A DNA stretch of 64,000 bases from a virus (IMGVR_UViG_2880505610_000001:32001-96000), one strand, 5' to 3'. Shown: positions 17,590-27,983, numbered from the stretch's first letter. Notes: generated by a model from the letters alone, not told the origin. A program made the numbers and translations.

Positions 17590-18975
17590 CTATCGTCGTT
17601 CGAGGTTCTTCAGCCGCCGGTTGACCTGAGCGGCGCGGCGCCGCGGGTCGGGCTTGGGCCCGCCGACGGTCAGCTCCAGCGCCTCTTCGCCGTTCTCTCC
17701 GATGGAGAACTGCATCTCGTACACCCTGAGCAGGTCGTTCACCTGCAGCCTGGGTGGAGATATGATCACGACCTGGACCCAGTCGCCCAGCCAGATGTGG
17801 TCCGGCCCGTCCCACGCGTCCTGCACCAGCGTGAGAGTGTAGGTCGGTTGGACCACCTGCGATTCGGCGATCTGCCACAGCGCCCGGTCGTTCAGGGCGG
17901 GCTGCGTCGTGAGGCCGGCGTCGCCGAACACGGCGTCCCAGCGCCCTTCGGGGCGGTCGGCCAGGTCGGTGGCCTCGAGTTCTTGGGCGACGAGGGTCTC
18001 TTCGCCGGTCATCCGGATCGCGTTGGCGTAGTCGCCGACGTTGACCTCTCGGCGGGCGCCCGCGATCAGGCCGCCGTACTCGAGGACGACACCGCGGTTC
18101 ACGCCGCGCTGCGGGTAGTACACGTTCACCTGCAGCGCCGAGGCCGAGTCGGCTTCGACGTCCCAGTCGAACCCGCCGATGACCTCAGACAGTTCCTGGA
18201 TCCGCTCGCCGACGGAGTCGCCGGCCTCGTATGTGCGGTCTCTCAGCACGCCTGTCGGTGTGGTGCCGGTCCAGCCCTTGGAGAGGCCCAGGCCGCCCGC
18301 GGTGTTGCCTTGGGTGGCGGAGATGAGCCCCCACACGATCTCGGCCTGGTCGGTGGCCGTGTAGGTGAGGGGGTTGGTGGAGTACAGGCGGCGCCGGTTC
18401 AGGACGGCCCGGTAGTCCAGGGCCGCCACGTCCATCTGGTGGGATGTGCTGTCAAGGGTGTCGCCAGTGTTGCCGTTCCGGCCGCGCATCACGATGCGGG
18501 TCTGTCCGGCGTCAGGCGTCCACAGCACGTGGGTGTCGGTGGTCAACTCGTCGATAGCGGCTGCCTGAGGATGGCGGCCGTCGATGCTGTAACTGACCTC
18601 TGAGGGATCCGTCAGCCGAGCCGTGAATCTGCGTCCGCGGGCCTCGGTCAGCGCGAGCTCGTGGCCTCCTCCGGCGGGCCCGACCACGAACTGCCAGCGG
18701 ATCCGCGGACGTGGAATGGACCCGATCCCGGACTGCTTGTCGCCGGTGCCGGACAGTTCTACGACACCGGTGATGGTGGCTGTTCCGTAGGCGTTCTTTC
18801 TGCCTGTGCCGGTCAGGGTGACGGTGCCGGTGATGGTTCCCGAGCCAACGGCGTTCTTGGTTCCGGTGCCGGCCAGCATGGCTGTGCCGGTGATGACGCC
18901 CGTACCACCGGGTTGGGTCACTCGCGGCCGTGAGGTGATCGGCCGGTTCGGCTGTCCACGTCCGAGGCGGGCCAC
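17590..18975 (-). CDS. Minor tail protein (Tal/Gp37-like hub) with Gly/Thr repeat N-terminus
   Basis: GTITGTVTLTGTG repeats; ELSEVIGGFDW, YYPQRG, IWLGDWV. Confidence 0.8.
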   Translation of the reverse strand: MARLGRGQPNRPITSRPRVTQPGGTGVITGTAMLAGTGTKNAVGSGTITGTVTLTGTGRKNAYGTATITGVVELSGTGDKQSGIGSIPRPRIRWQFVVGPAGGGHELALTEARGRRFTARLTDPSEVSYSIDGRHPQAAAIDELTTDTHVLWTPDAGQTRIVMRGRNGNTGDTLDSTSHQMDVAALDYRAVLNRRRLYSTNPLTYTATDQAEIVWGLISATQGNTAGGLGLSKGWTGTTPTGVLRDRTYEAGDSVGERIQELSEVIGGFDWDVEADSASALQVNVYYPQRGVNRGVVLEYGGLIAGARREVNVGDYANAIRMTGEETLVAQELEATDLADRPEGRWDAVFGDAGLTTQPALNDRALWQIAESQVVQPTYTLTLVQDAWDGPDHIWLGDWVQVVIISPPRLQVNDLLRVYEMQFSIGENGEEALELTVGGPKPDPRRRAAQVNRRLKNLERR

Positions 18976-18978
18976 AGG

Positions 18979-19674
18979 TCACCACCTCGTTGCGCGGACG
19001 CCTGCGGTGCGGGGCTCGATCAGGGGCGCCGTGCGGCGGGTGATGGGGCCGGGCCAGCCGGTGTTGTTGACCTGCAGGCCGTCAAGCCAGCCTGTCCACG
19101 TCGCCGAGTTGAAGCTGCCGAACTGGACGGTGTCGCAGTTCACGCCAAGCCCGGCGGCGACAGTGCTGAGGTTTTCACTGGGGGTGGTCGAGTCCGGCGA
19201 GTTGTAGGTGCGCAACTCGACGACCGCGCCGGACGCGACGAACTGGATGTGCCACTCGATCCGGACCCACTGGCCGGTGGGGATGGCGGCGGCGGTCGCG
19301 ATTTCGGCGGCGTTCCCGGCATCGCTGAGCGTCAGGACCCCGGTCGACTCGTACCGGAGCCGGGCAGCCTGGCTGCCGCCGGTCACCCAGCGGACGATGC
19401 CCGTGACACCGGAAGGCGCCGAGCTCGACCACAGGTAGAAGCGGCCCCAGGTCTCGGCCTGGGTGCCATGGCTGGCCGACGTCCACGCCACCTGCTGCGC
19501 ACTCGCACCCGCGACCACCCTGTACGAGAGGGCGCCGAGCGCCTGGGTGTTGTCGAAGGTGATCGTGGGCGTGCCCACGGTGGAGTCGAAGGGGTTGCCG
19601 GAGGCGCCGCCGGAGTTGGCCGCGGACACGGTCGCGCCGTTGGTGCCGCCCTCAGCCGAGTTGTTCAGCTCCAC
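18979..19674 (-). CDS. Minor tail protein (LamG-like)
   Basis: NNSAEGG, GQWVRIEWH; beta-rich. Confidence 0.7.
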   Translation of the reverse strand: MELNNSAEGGTNGATVSAANSGGASGNPFDSTVGTPTITFDNTQALGALSYRVVAGASAQQVAWTSASHGTQAETWGRFYLWSSSAPSGVTGIVRWVTGGSQAARLRYESTGVLTLSDAGNAAEIATAAAIPTGQWVRIEWHIQFVASGAVVELRTYNSPDSTTPSENLSTVAAGLGVNCDTVQFGSFNSATWTGWLDGLQVNNTGWPGPITRRTAPLIEPRTAGVRATRW

Positions 19675-20154
19675 TCAGGCCCGTTCCCACACCAGCCCGG
19701 CGCGGACGTTCACGCCCGCCGGCGCGGTCACGCGGATCGCGAACCCCTCGGAGAACGCGCAGTCCGGGGTGTCGCCGAGCGGCCAGTCGTACACCACGAT
19801 CCCGCCCGCGGGCGACACCAGCCACTCCTCCAGCGGCGTCAGCACCGTCGGTTCGCTGGTCCAGTTCTTCCCCGCGGTGACGCCGTGAGTCTGGGCGCGG
19901 CCGTACAGCTGAGCGACCGCCGAGGTGAGCGTGGTGTTGTTGGTGCCCATCGTGCCGTTGGTCGCCCACGTGCAGTAACACACCTCGACCAGCGCGGGCA
20001 CGGCCGTGGCCGTCGTCCCGTCGAAGGACACGCGGACCTTCTTCAGGTCGAGCCCGAACGCGGCGTTGGCGCGGACGCCGAGGACGGTCTTGGCCGCGCC
20101 GCCGGTGAGAGCGACCGCGCCGCCGGTGGTGACGGTGTATCCGGCCTTGGCCAT
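19675..20154 (-). CDS. Minor tail/structural protein
   Basis: ATG 20154, coupled to neighbours. Confidence 0.7.
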   Translation of the reverse strand: MAKAGYTVTTGGAVALTGGAAKTVLGVRANAAFGLDLKKVRVSFDGTTATAVPALVEVCYCTWATNGTMGTNNTTLTSAVAQLYGRAQTHGVTAGKNWTSEPTVLTPLEEWLVSPAGGIVVYDWPLGDTPDCAFSEGFAIRVTAPAGVNVRAGLVWERA

Positions 20155-20459
20155 CAGTCGCTCACCCGGACTCCGGCCAGGTCGTCCCAGGAAGAGTTGA
20201 CCGTGAACTGGATGGCGTCGTCGGGGCTCTCGCCGGTGACCGCCGGGTTGGCCGCGACCGCCCATGTGAACCGGTCGACGAACATTGCCGAGCCGGTCAG
20301 GACGTCGTAGGCCAGGGCCTGCCTCTTGCCCGCAGTGGCATCGCTCATGCCGTCGGGGGCCTCGCCCATGATGTCCTTGGCCGCGGTCACGATCGCCATG
20401 CGGACCCGGTTCCGGAACGCCGGGTCCTCGGCAAGGGCGGCCTGGTCAGCAAATGCCAC
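20154..20459 (-). CDS. Hypothetical tail-region protein
   Basis: RBS AGGAG, GTG 20459 (MAFADQAALAED). Confidence 0.7.
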   Translation of the reverse strand: MAFADQAALAEDPAFRNRVRMAIVTAAKDIMGEAPDGMSDATAGKRQALAYDVLTGSAMFVDRFTWAVAANPAVTGESPDDAIQFTVNSSWDDLAGVRVSD

Positions 20460-20470
20460 ATCGGCTCCTG

Positions 20471-20818
20471 TCAGGTGAGGGTCGCGGTGAGGTTGAGCGT
20501 GTAGGTGCCCTGCGCCCCGAAGGACTCGACGGTGGTGGTGCCGCCGCCGCGGAAGGTTCCGCCCGAGGCCCCGGTCCATGTCCCGCAGTGCGTGACGGTG
20601 GTGCCGGCGGGCACGTCGAACGTCACGCTCGCGGTGACGGTCTTGGATCCCGCCGAGGACGGGTTCCACGTGATCGCCTTCCTGGCGTACGCGGGGGAAC
20701 CGCCCGTCACCTCGTTAGCACCGGTCGTCCCAGGGTCGGCAGTGTGAAGGCTGGCGTGGGTCGCCAACGTGTCGAGGTCGTCGAGGAAGTCGTCACGGGT
20801 TGCTGCGGTGAACGGCAT
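20471..20818 (-). CDS. Tail-associated protein
   Basis: SLHTADPGTTGANEVTGGSPAYARKAITW. Confidence 0.8.
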   Translation of the reverse strand: MPFTAATRDDFLDDLDTLATHASLHTADPGTTGANEVTGGSPAYARKAITWNPSSAGSKTVTASVTFDVPAGTTVTHCGTWTGASGGTFRGGGTTTVESFGAQGTYTLNLTATLT

Positions 20819-20819
20819 G

Positions 20820-21890
20820 TCAGGCCGCCTCGTAGGTGATCGTGATCGAGAGCTGGTCGTTGTTCGCCCAGGCGAACGGGCCGCTCGAGCCCCACAGGGT
20901 GTTCTCGGTGACGATCTCCACGGCCGTCCAGGAGGTCGCCGAGCGGATCCGGCAGATGCCGTCCCTCACGTTGTTCGCGCTGGCGTCGAAGGTCTCCGCG
21001 CTGCCGATGTGCTCGCCAACACTCAACGCCTTGGCGGCGACGGGCAGGGACACCATGTAGACGCCGGACCCGCCGGACGCCCCGCTAGTGCCGGCCTTGA
21101 TGTTCGCCCGTACCGTGACCATGGGCCCGTACCGGATGTAGGCGCCCTCCCGCAGCGCGCCGGTACCGAGCGCAGGGGTGGAGGTCACCGCAGTCAGGGC
21201 GGGTGTGTACGTCGTCCACGCCGCGCCGCCACCGTTCCGCCGGGGGATCTCGAACCAGGACCCGCCGTTGGCCATCTCGTAGGTGGTGCGGTCGGTCCGG
21301 TAGATCAGCTCCGAGTCGTACCCTGCCGGCGGCCGGGTACTGTCCGATCCCACGAGCGGGTACTTCGAGCTGATCAGCGCAGCGCTGAGCCGGGTGTCGG
21401 TGATATTGCCGTCCTGCACGCTCGACTGCCCCGCCGCCACGCTCACCGTCGCCAGCGAGATCGCCGACGCCGGGACGGCTGGCGTGCCGGAACCGCTGTC
21501 CTCCAGCACCTCCAACGTCCACTCGTAGGTCGACCACGAGCCGTTGTGAAGTTTGTCCTTCACCCGCGCCACCACCCGGTGCGTCCGGGACCCGGTGCCC
21601 GGCGGTGACGGCACCGTCAGGTTCTCCACGGCGGTGGACTGGCACATGTAGTAGCCCTGGTTGGACACGTCGTCGCCGACGATCGCGCAGCGTCCGGGGG
21701 CGATGTCGACCGAGAAGTTCGCTCCAGCCGCCCGCTGAGTCACCTTCAGTGCGCCGTACACCACGTCCGGGGCGACGATGCCTTCCTGATGCATGAGGCC
21801 CGACAGCAGGTCACGGTTGTCCAGAGCGCTGTAGCTGAAGGTCGAGTCGCCCCCGCCAGCCTGCATGTAGAGCGGGCGCTTCAGAGTCAC
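20820..21890 (-). CDS. Minor tail/baseplate protein
   Basis: LKVTQRAAGANFSVDIAPG, ITDTR; GTG 21890. Confidence 0.8.
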   Translation of the reverse strand: MTLKRPLYMQAGGGDSTFSYSALDNRDLLSGLMHQEGIVAPDVVYGALKVTQRAAGANFSVDIAPGRCAIVGDDVSNQGYYMCQSTAVENLTVPSPPGTGSRTHRVVARVKDKLHNGSWSTYEWTLEVLEDSGSGTPAVPASAISLATVSVAAGQSSVQDGNITDTRLSAALISSKYPLVGSDSTRPPAGYDSELIYRTDRTTYEMANGGSWFEIPRRNGGGAAWTTYTPALTAVTSTPALGTGALREGAYIRYGPMVTVRANIKAGTSGASGGSGVYMVSLPVAAKALSVGEHIGSAETFDASANNVRDGICRIRSATSWTAVEIVTENTLWGSSGPFAWANNDQLSITITYEAA

Positions 21891-21921
21891 AGTCAGCCTC
21901 CAGAGCAGGGTGAAGGGAGAG

Positions 21922-22788
21922 TCACAGCCACGTGGAGCGGTACTCGATCGCGGCGACCGCACCACCAGCGGCAGATAGGGGCGCGTAGCGGATCAGCTGG
22001 TCACCCGGTTCGATCCGCCACCAGCTGGTGGTGGCGAAGTCCAGGTAGTTCAGCCGGGAGGCGGTACTCATTGACAGCAGGTACGCCGTCCGGTCGCGGG
22101 TGTCGATCTCGACGTACTCGCCGGCGCCAAGGGTCAGGGCCTCGGTAAACACGATCTGCTCGCCGGTGGTCTCGTTGATCAGCCGCGGCCCCGAGCAAGG
22201 TCCGTACAGGCGGGCGATGAAGTGTGACGGGACCGACCCGAGATTGCTCACCTCGCTCGCTCCCGTCGAGGTTGTCGCGTCCCAGGTGATCGGGAAGGTG
22301 ATCGGGAACGTCAGCCCGACTGTGGTTGGAACGTCGGCGCTGATCTCAGGCAGGGTGGTCAGCTCTGCCGCCTCCCAGACGCCGTCCGGGGCACGCCATT
22401 GCAGTTGGACCTCGCGGGCCTGGGAAGCGACGTAGCCGGTGTAGGGCTCCGACCACTGGTCCACCCGCAGCCTGATGCGCCGTTCCTGCGCCCACCCGGT
22501 GTCCGTGACGTACAGGTAGGGGCGTGACCTCGGGTGCAGGAACGACTTCATCTGGTCGATGACCTGTTCGCACTCGAAGATCTCGTCCTTGAGGACCACC
22601 ACGTCCAGTGACACCGCGCGGCTCCCGAACAGCAGGGTGGTGTCGCGTTCACCGTCGTCGTCCACGCGGCTTTCGCTGACGTCGCGGATCGCCGGCGAGG
22701 ACACCTGCAGCGATTGCGGGAGGATGTGCCGGGACGGGTGGAGGATCAGCTCTCTTGCCCCGTCGACCAGCCGGACTCCCGTCTTCAC
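21922..22788 (-). CDS. Distal tail protein (Dit)
   Basis: Follows tape measure; GLTFPITFPITW, GPCSGPRL. Confidence 0.85.
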   Translation of the reverse strand: MKTGVRLVDGARELILHPSRHILPQSLQVSSPAIRDVSESRVDDDGERDTTLLFGSRAVSLDVVVLKDEIFECEQVIDQMKSFLHPRSRPYLYVTDTGWAQERRIRLRVDQWSEPYTGYVASQAREVQLQWRAPDGVWEAAELTTLPEISADVPTTVGLTFPITFPITWDATTSTGASEVSNLGSVPSHFIARLYGPCSGPRLINETTGEQIVFTEALTLGAGEYVEIDTRDRTAYLLSMSTASRLNYLDFATTSWWRIEPGDQLIRYAPLSAAGGAVAAIEYRSTWL

Positions 22789-22801
22789 CCGCGGCCCCCC
22801 T

Positions 22802-25800
22802 TTACTCGCCGAAGGTGGACGCCCGGGCGGCGAAGTCCAGCCGCTGCGCCACCGAGTCGACGTCGACGGTGTCGTGGATGTGCTGGTGCTCGACGTTCAT
22901 CAGCGTCCCGATCCGCGGGCCGTCGCCGCCCCGGGTGCTGCCGGAGAGCTTGGACCACTGCGCGTCGGTGAAGACGGGCTCGGGGGCGCCGGTGCCGTTG
23001 TAGACCAGGCTCGTGCCGGTCGGCAGCCAGCCTCCTGAGTCGAACGTCAGCGTCCCCTTCGCCAGCTCGCGGTACATGCTGGTCAGAGGGGCGGTCCGGT
23101 CGGCAGGGTCGAAGTTGCGCTGCCCGAACACCTTCGGGTCGATGACGCCGCCGAGCGCGAACCCCGGCCGCAGCACCGTCGCGGGGTTGGAGCGGGTGCC
23201 GCGCTTGACCCTGGGGCCTTCGTTACCTCCGATGGTGCGGTACGTCGACCCGCCGAGCGGCTTCTCGATCAGGTTGACGTGGCTGTTGGACCCATACGTT
23301 GCCAGGTCCCCAGGCCGGCCTGCGGAGGTGGAGATGTGCTTCATGCGGGCGTTGAACGTCGCCACCGCAGCGGTCGGGTAGCCGGGGTAGAACTTCCCGG
23401 CCTTGGCGTCCTTCACCGCCGTGGAAACGAACAACGCGCACCAGGGCGTACCCGCGGGCCACCCCCATTGGCGGGTGAACCGGTTGTTGTTGTCCATGCC
23501 GCGGTCGTCGCCGACACCGATGTACCGGCGGGCCGCAGCGACCACGCCCTTGGCGTCCCCGCCGATCTTCGCCTCGAGCGGACCGAAATAGGTCATGATC
23601 TTGCTGATGAGGGCGTGCGGGATCGCCGAGACCAGCTTCCCGAACGCGCCCATTCCGCCGGTGGTCTTGTCCGACAGCGCCAGCAGCGGCCCGAACACAC
23701 GCTGCGCGGACTTCTTCAGCCCGTCAGCGAACAGGCCCTTGGCGGCGTTCTTGAACTTGTCGACCACGCCACCAAGGAAGAAGTTGCCGCCGAACGCCCC
23801 GGTCATGAACCTGGCGGCGGCGCCGACTCCGCCGCGGCGTGCAGCAGCGTTGGCCGCGTCCACGAACCCGGGCCCGACCGCTCGTGTCCACTCCGGCCGC
23901 ATGATGGCCTCGCCGCCGGATACCCCGATGAGGCCGATGTCGCGGCCAGGGGTGTAGCCCGGGTAGATGCCGCCGGTGTTGAACCCGCGGATCGGGTCGA
24001 GCCTCCCCACGCCCGGGACCAGCGCGGCCACAGCGTTCCAGACACCGACGATGCCCTTGTTGAACACGGTGTTGACCACGAACGAGACGGGTGCCTTGGC
24101 CGCGTCCTTCAGCTTGTCCCAGGCTTTACGGATCGCGTCGACGCCGACCTTGAACGCCCTGCCCAGCTTCCCCACCGCCGACTTGATCCCATCGAAGGTG
24201 GGGCGGATGAAGGTGTTCCACACGTACCGGATGGAGGATCCGATCGCGTTCCACACCGGCCGGATGATCGTGTTGTACAGCCACCTCACCGCCGGAGCGA
24301 CGTAGGTGCGCATCACGGTCACGAACATGTTCAGCACAGGCCGGATGAACGTGTTGTAGGCCCATCGGATGACCGTGGCGATGCCGCGGAACGCTGGCGC
24401 GATTACCGAGCTCCACAGCCACTTGACGATCCCAGCGACGATCTTGAACTGGAGGATCAGCGGCGCGATCAGCACCACAGCAATGAACGAATACAGCCAC
24501 CGGGCAACGGTGGCGATGCCACGGAACGCCGGGGCGATCGCGTTGCTCCACAGCCACTGCGCCCACCGACCCACCGTCTGAAGGGCAACCCAGATGCCGT
24601 GGAAGATCGGCTGGATGACGCTCGAGACCCATGTCACCACGGAAACCATCAGCCGGAACACGGGCAGGAGCAGCCCCACCACGACCTGCCAGTACCGCAT
24701 CACGATGGTGATCGCCAACCGCAGCACCGGGACCAGGTAGCCGACAAGCACGGCAACGAGTTGCACGAGCGGCGGGATCACCGGAGCGATGGCCAGCACA
24801 AGCTGGGAGAACATCGGCAAGATCGGTGTCAGAGCCGGCAGCAGCGACGCCACCGCCAGCACGATCTGCTGCAGAGCCGGCAGTGAGGCCACCAGAGCGG
24901 ACACCAGAGCGCCACCGATCTCGACCGCGGTCTGGGCGATCAAGTTGATGATCGGGGTCAGGATCGGCAGCAGACCTTGCGCCAGTTGCGCAATAGCCAG
25001 GCCCAGCGGAACCAGGATCGGTGTCAACGCCCCAACGACCCGGCCGAACGCGGCTACCAGGACGTTCACCAACGGGATGAGCGCCATCACCACCGGATGG
25101 AGGCCCTGAAGAAGCTGCGCGACGATCCCACCGATGATGGGGAGGATCGGTGCTAGAGCCCGGCCGATCGCGCCGACCGCCTGGAAGAACGCGGTCATCG
25201 CCTGCTGCGCTGCCGCGGTCTTCAGGAATGCGTTGAGCTGGTTCAGCATCGGGCCCAGCACGCCGAAAAGACCCGACCCTGCGGCGCGTGCAGCGGTGAA
25301 GATGCTGTTAATGACCCCGCCCAGATCGACCAGCAGCGCACCAACCTGCTGAACGACGGCAAGGCCCGCGTTAATGATCTGCGTGACGCGCCCGGAGGCG
25401 GCCAGATTCGACATCCACTGCCCGAACCTGGTGGCCACATCCGCTGCGCCGCCAGCGAGCCGCTCCATGGACGAGGTACCTGCCGAGGCCATGTCCCGCA
25501 GTCCGCGAAGCACCGGATTGATCGCGGGCACCAGCGACCGCACCGAGGCGCGCAGCGCCCCAAAAACCGTGTTCAGCGCCCTGACGCTCTGCGACTCCCG
25601 AGCAAACACCAGGGCCTGACGGGCGGCAGCACCGTACTCGGTCGCCAGGCCACGAACCCCTGCTCGCAGGGGGCCGGTGAGCACCTGCGCGGTGCTGCGC
25701 AACTGGCCCGTCAGCTTTGCGAAGAACGCGTCCTGGGCGGCGTGGCGTATGCCCACCAGTTCCGGTCGGAGGGCCCGAAGTTCCCGTGCTGCCGCTTGAG

Positions 25801-26494
25801 CAGCTGGCGACAAACCCTCAAGAGACTTCTCGAACTTCTCAGCGTCCTCACCGAGAGCCGCCTTGAACGCGTCGCCAACCCCGGACAATGCCAGCTTGAG
25901 AGTCCCAACGGCGGCGACCGTGCCCCCGATCACGGCAGGGAGCGCGGCCGTCAGACCGATGACCGGGGCAAGGTTCGCGGCTAGCTGGATCAACCCTGCG
26001 CCGGCACCGATCGCTGCCGCAGCCAACGCCGGGAGCGGCAGCCCCAGGATGCCGCGGCGAAGCCCGCCGAGGCTGGAAGAGGCGCTGGTGGCGCTCCCAC
26101 TCAGGCGCAGCAGGCTGGTGATACTGCGATCAGCGTCGGTGCGGACGTTGATCGTGATCGTGCGCTGATCCAGCCTTCGCAGTATCTGCTCGAGCGCGAC
26201 CAGTTCAGCCGGGGTGTTGCCGAAATCGATGGTGACGCGGGCCTGGACGTGACGGCCGTCGATCTCCTCCAGGGCTTTCTTCAGCCTCGTCAACCGGGCC
26301 AGAGCCTGGCCCATGTCGACGCGGATGCGGACCGGCTTGATCTCCTTCTCGATGCCTTCCTGGATCCGCTTGCCAGCCTCCCTCCCGATCCTGGAGGCAT
26401 CAGGGAGGATCTGCGCGCGCACCCTCGATGCAAAGTCACGCACCGATGGCACGACGTCGACCGAGACCGACCCGACACTGATGGAGGCCACCAC
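22802..26494 (-). CDS. Tape measure protein with C-terminal CHAP-like domain
   Basis: 1230 aa, Ala/Leu-rich with Trp repeats; PWCALFVS..PGD..HV..TIGGN. Confidence 0.92.
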   Translation of the reverse strand: MVASISVGSVSVDVVPSVRDFASRVRAQILPDASRIGREAGKRIQEGIEKEIKPVRIRVDMGQALARLTRLKKALEEIDGRHVQARVTIDFGNTPAELVALEQILRRLDQRTITINVRTDADRSITSLLRLSGSATSASSSLGGLRRGILGLPLPALAAAAIGAGAGLIQLAANLAPVIGLTAALPAVIGGTVAAVGTLKLALSGVGDAFKAALGEDAEKFEKSLEGLSPAAQAAARELRALRPELVGIRHAAQDAFFAKLTGQLRSTAQVLTGPLRAGVRGLATEYGAAARQALVFARESQSVRALNTVFGALRASVRSLVPAINPVLRGLRDMASAGTSSMERLAGGAADVATRFGQWMSNLAASGRVTQIINAGLAVVQQVGALLVDLGGVINSIFTAARAAGSGLFGVLGPMLNQLNAFLKTAAAQQAMTAFFQAVGAIGRALAPILPIIGGIVAQLLQGLHPVVMALIPLVNVLVAAFGRVVGALTPILVPLGLAIAQLAQGLLPILTPIINLIAQTAVEIGGALVSALVASLPALQQIVLAVASLLPALTPILPMFSQLVLAIAPVIPPLVQLVAVLVGYLVPVLRLAITIVMRYWQVVVGLLLPVFRLMVSVVTWVSSVIQPIFHGIWVALQTVGRWAQWLWSNAIAPAFRGIATVARWLYSFIAVVLIAPLILQFKIVAGIVKWLWSSVIAPAFRGIATVIRWAYNTFIRPVLNMFVTVMRTYVAPAVRWLYNTIIRPVWNAIGSSIRYVWNTFIRPTFDGIKSAVGKLGRAFKVGVDAIRKAWDKLKDAAKAPVSFVVNTVFNKGIVGVWNAVAALVPGVGRLDPIRGFNTGGIYPGYTPGRDIGLIGVSGGEAIMRPEWTRAVGPGFVDAANAAARRGGVGAAARFMTGAFGGNFFLGGVVDKFKNAAKGLFADGLKKSAQRVFGPLLALSDKTTGGMGAFGKLVSAIPHALISKIMTYFGPLEAKIGGDAKGVVAAARRYIGVGDDRGMDNNNRFTRQWGWPAGTPWCALFVSTAVKDAKAGKFYPGYPTAAVATFNARMKHISTSAGRPGDLATYGSNSHVNLIEKPLGGSTYRTIGGNEGPRVKRGTRSNPATVLRPGFALGGVIDPKVFGQRNFDPADRTAPLTSMYRELAKGTLTFDSGGWLPTGTSLVYNGTGAPEPVFTDAQWSKLSGSTRGGDGPRIGTLMNVEHQHIHDTVDVDSVAQRLDFAARASTFGE

Positions 26495-26515
26495 CGCACC
26501 TCCTCGGCTGGTCGA

Positions 26516-26998
26516 TCAGCTGGCGGGCGGTAGTGGTGGAGCGGCGCCATTCATGTGGGCGATGAGCCACTCGGCCGTCTCTGGCGGCATCACCGGGCGG
26601 GGGGGTTTACGGCCCACGCCAGGCCGCGGAGTCGGCTCAGGCTGTTTGGGTTTTTTATCGCCCTTGCCGAGCCGGGACACCGCAGCCTCCCAGCGGGCAT
26701 AGCGGGTCTCGTCAAGCAGCATCGCGACCAGCAGTTCGAGCTGGGACCACTGCCCATCGGCCGGGTCAGCGTCGCTGTCGCTCACCTTGTCAGGGTGGTT
26801 GACGCGGAGCGCGGTCATCGTCGCGCTCTCCGGCGGAAGGAAACGGAGTAGGTTCCGCAGCCGCCGCCATGTCAACTGTGAACGGCCCCCGCCGGGGCGC
26901 CACAGGTCCCGCAGGTCAGTGGAGTAGTACCGCTGAAGGTCGGCCTCTACCTGCGCCGCCGCTTCTTCGAGGAGCGCGGTGAGGCCTGCGATTCCCCC
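26516..26998 (-). CDS. Tail assembly chaperone, -1 frameshift extension (GT)
   Basis: -1 frame after GGGGGAA reads GIAGLTALL..EADLQRYY..DLRDLW..LTWRRL. Confidence 0.85.
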   Translation of the reverse strand, partial: GGIAGLTALLEEAAAQVEADLQRYYSTDLRDLWRPGGGRSQLTWRRLRNLLRFLPPESATMTALRVNHPDKVSDSDADPADGQWSQLELLVAMLLDETRYARWEAAVSRLGKGDKKPKQPEPTPRPGVGRKPPRPVMPPETAEWLIAHMNGAAPPLPPAS

Positions 26999-27309
26999 GT
27001 CCGGATCCCGTAGTGCTTCTGCGCGCCCTCCACGATCGCGTTGAGCTTGCGGTTGGAGACCGTCTGCTCGCAGAACCGCTCGTAGTCCTCGTCACCGAGG
27101 AGCTCGCGGATGAACGCGCGCAGGCCGCCCGGTGAGTCGGTGTCGGCGGTGGCCTGCCAGTCCGCTTCATCCGGTGAGATCGCGGTGAACACCTCACCGC
27201 CGACGCGGAAGGTGAACGTGGCTTCGGTGGCCTCGTCCTCCATCGCGTCCAGGTCCAGGTGGACCACGGGTTCACCGTCCTCGGTGATGATCCTGGGTGC
27301 AGCGGTCAT
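26947..27309 (-). CDS. Tail assembly chaperone (G)
   Basis: Between tail tube and tape measure genes; ends with slippery site. Confidence 0.88.
   Translation of the reverse strand: MTAAPRIITEDGEPVVHLDLDAMEDEATEATFTFRVGGEVFTAISPDEADWQATADTDSPGGLRAFIRELLGDEDYERFCEQTVSNRKLNAIVEGAQKHYGIRTGESQASPRSSKKRRRR
26992..26998 (-). other. Programmed -1 frameshift slippery site GGGGGAA
   Basis: ACG GGG GAA in G frame; -1 frame open to 26516. Confidence 0.85.
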
Positions 27310-27386
27310 GGGCTCCCCTCAGTGGAGTGGGTTGATGGTCATGGAAGAGCAGCCGGTCGACTGTCGGCCGCCTGGGGGCGTGCCGG

Positions 27387-27983
27387 TCAGGACCCTCCGC
27401 CGGGCAGCGCCGACGGGTCGATCTTGGAGGTGTGGTACAGCAGGTTCCCGGCCGCGTCCGGGTACACGCTGACGGTCACCTCGTAGCCGGTGACCTCGTC
27501 CCCCTTGTAGACCACGTCGCCGCGCTCGGAGATCTCCGCCTCCGGCGCGAACATCCGCAGCATCGACTCGCCGTCGTAGACGTCCCACACCCAGGCACGG
27601 CGGTCCGGTGCCGGCGTCGCCGACTCGGCGAACGAGGTGAGCCCGTCTGTATCCGGGGTGACGCCAGCGACCGGCAGCCGGTACATCAGGCTCTTGACCA
27701 GGGGACGCTGCGTCTCCCACAGCGTCATCTGGAACGTCCGAACCGACCCGGTGACGACCTTCCGGAACGGGGAGGTCTGCCCCCACGCCTTGAACTCCTC
27801 GGAGTCCTCGTCGATGGCGTAGGTCAGGCCGTCCTCGGAGATCATGCCCACCGGCATCCACGGCGAGGCCAGGCTGGTGAATCCGGTCGGCGCGGTCGGG
27901 GTCGCGGTACCCAGATCGACGGCCCATGCGCCGCCGTTGATACCGATCATCGCGAGGTCGTCGGACCGCTCAATCGTGGGCAT
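27387..27983 (-). CDS. Major tail tube protein
   Basis: GMISEDG, AWGQ, EISERGDVVY; ends GGGS. Confidence 0.9.
   Translation of the reverse strand: MPTIERSDDLAMIGINGGAWAVDLGTATPTAPTGFTSLASPWMPVGMISEDGLTYAIDEDSEEFKAWGQTSPFRKVVTGSVRTFQMTLWETQRPLVKSLMYRLPVAGVTPDTDGLTSFAESATPAPDRRAWVWDVYDGESMLRMFAPEAEISERGDVVYKGDEVTGYEVTVSVYPDAAGNLLYHTSKIDPSALPGGGS

Noticed and set aside
18740-18910. Tandem DNA repeats in minor tail gene (and collagen repeats at 14.9-15.2 kb)
   Set aside because: Explained by peptide-level Gly/Thr and Gly-X-Y repeats
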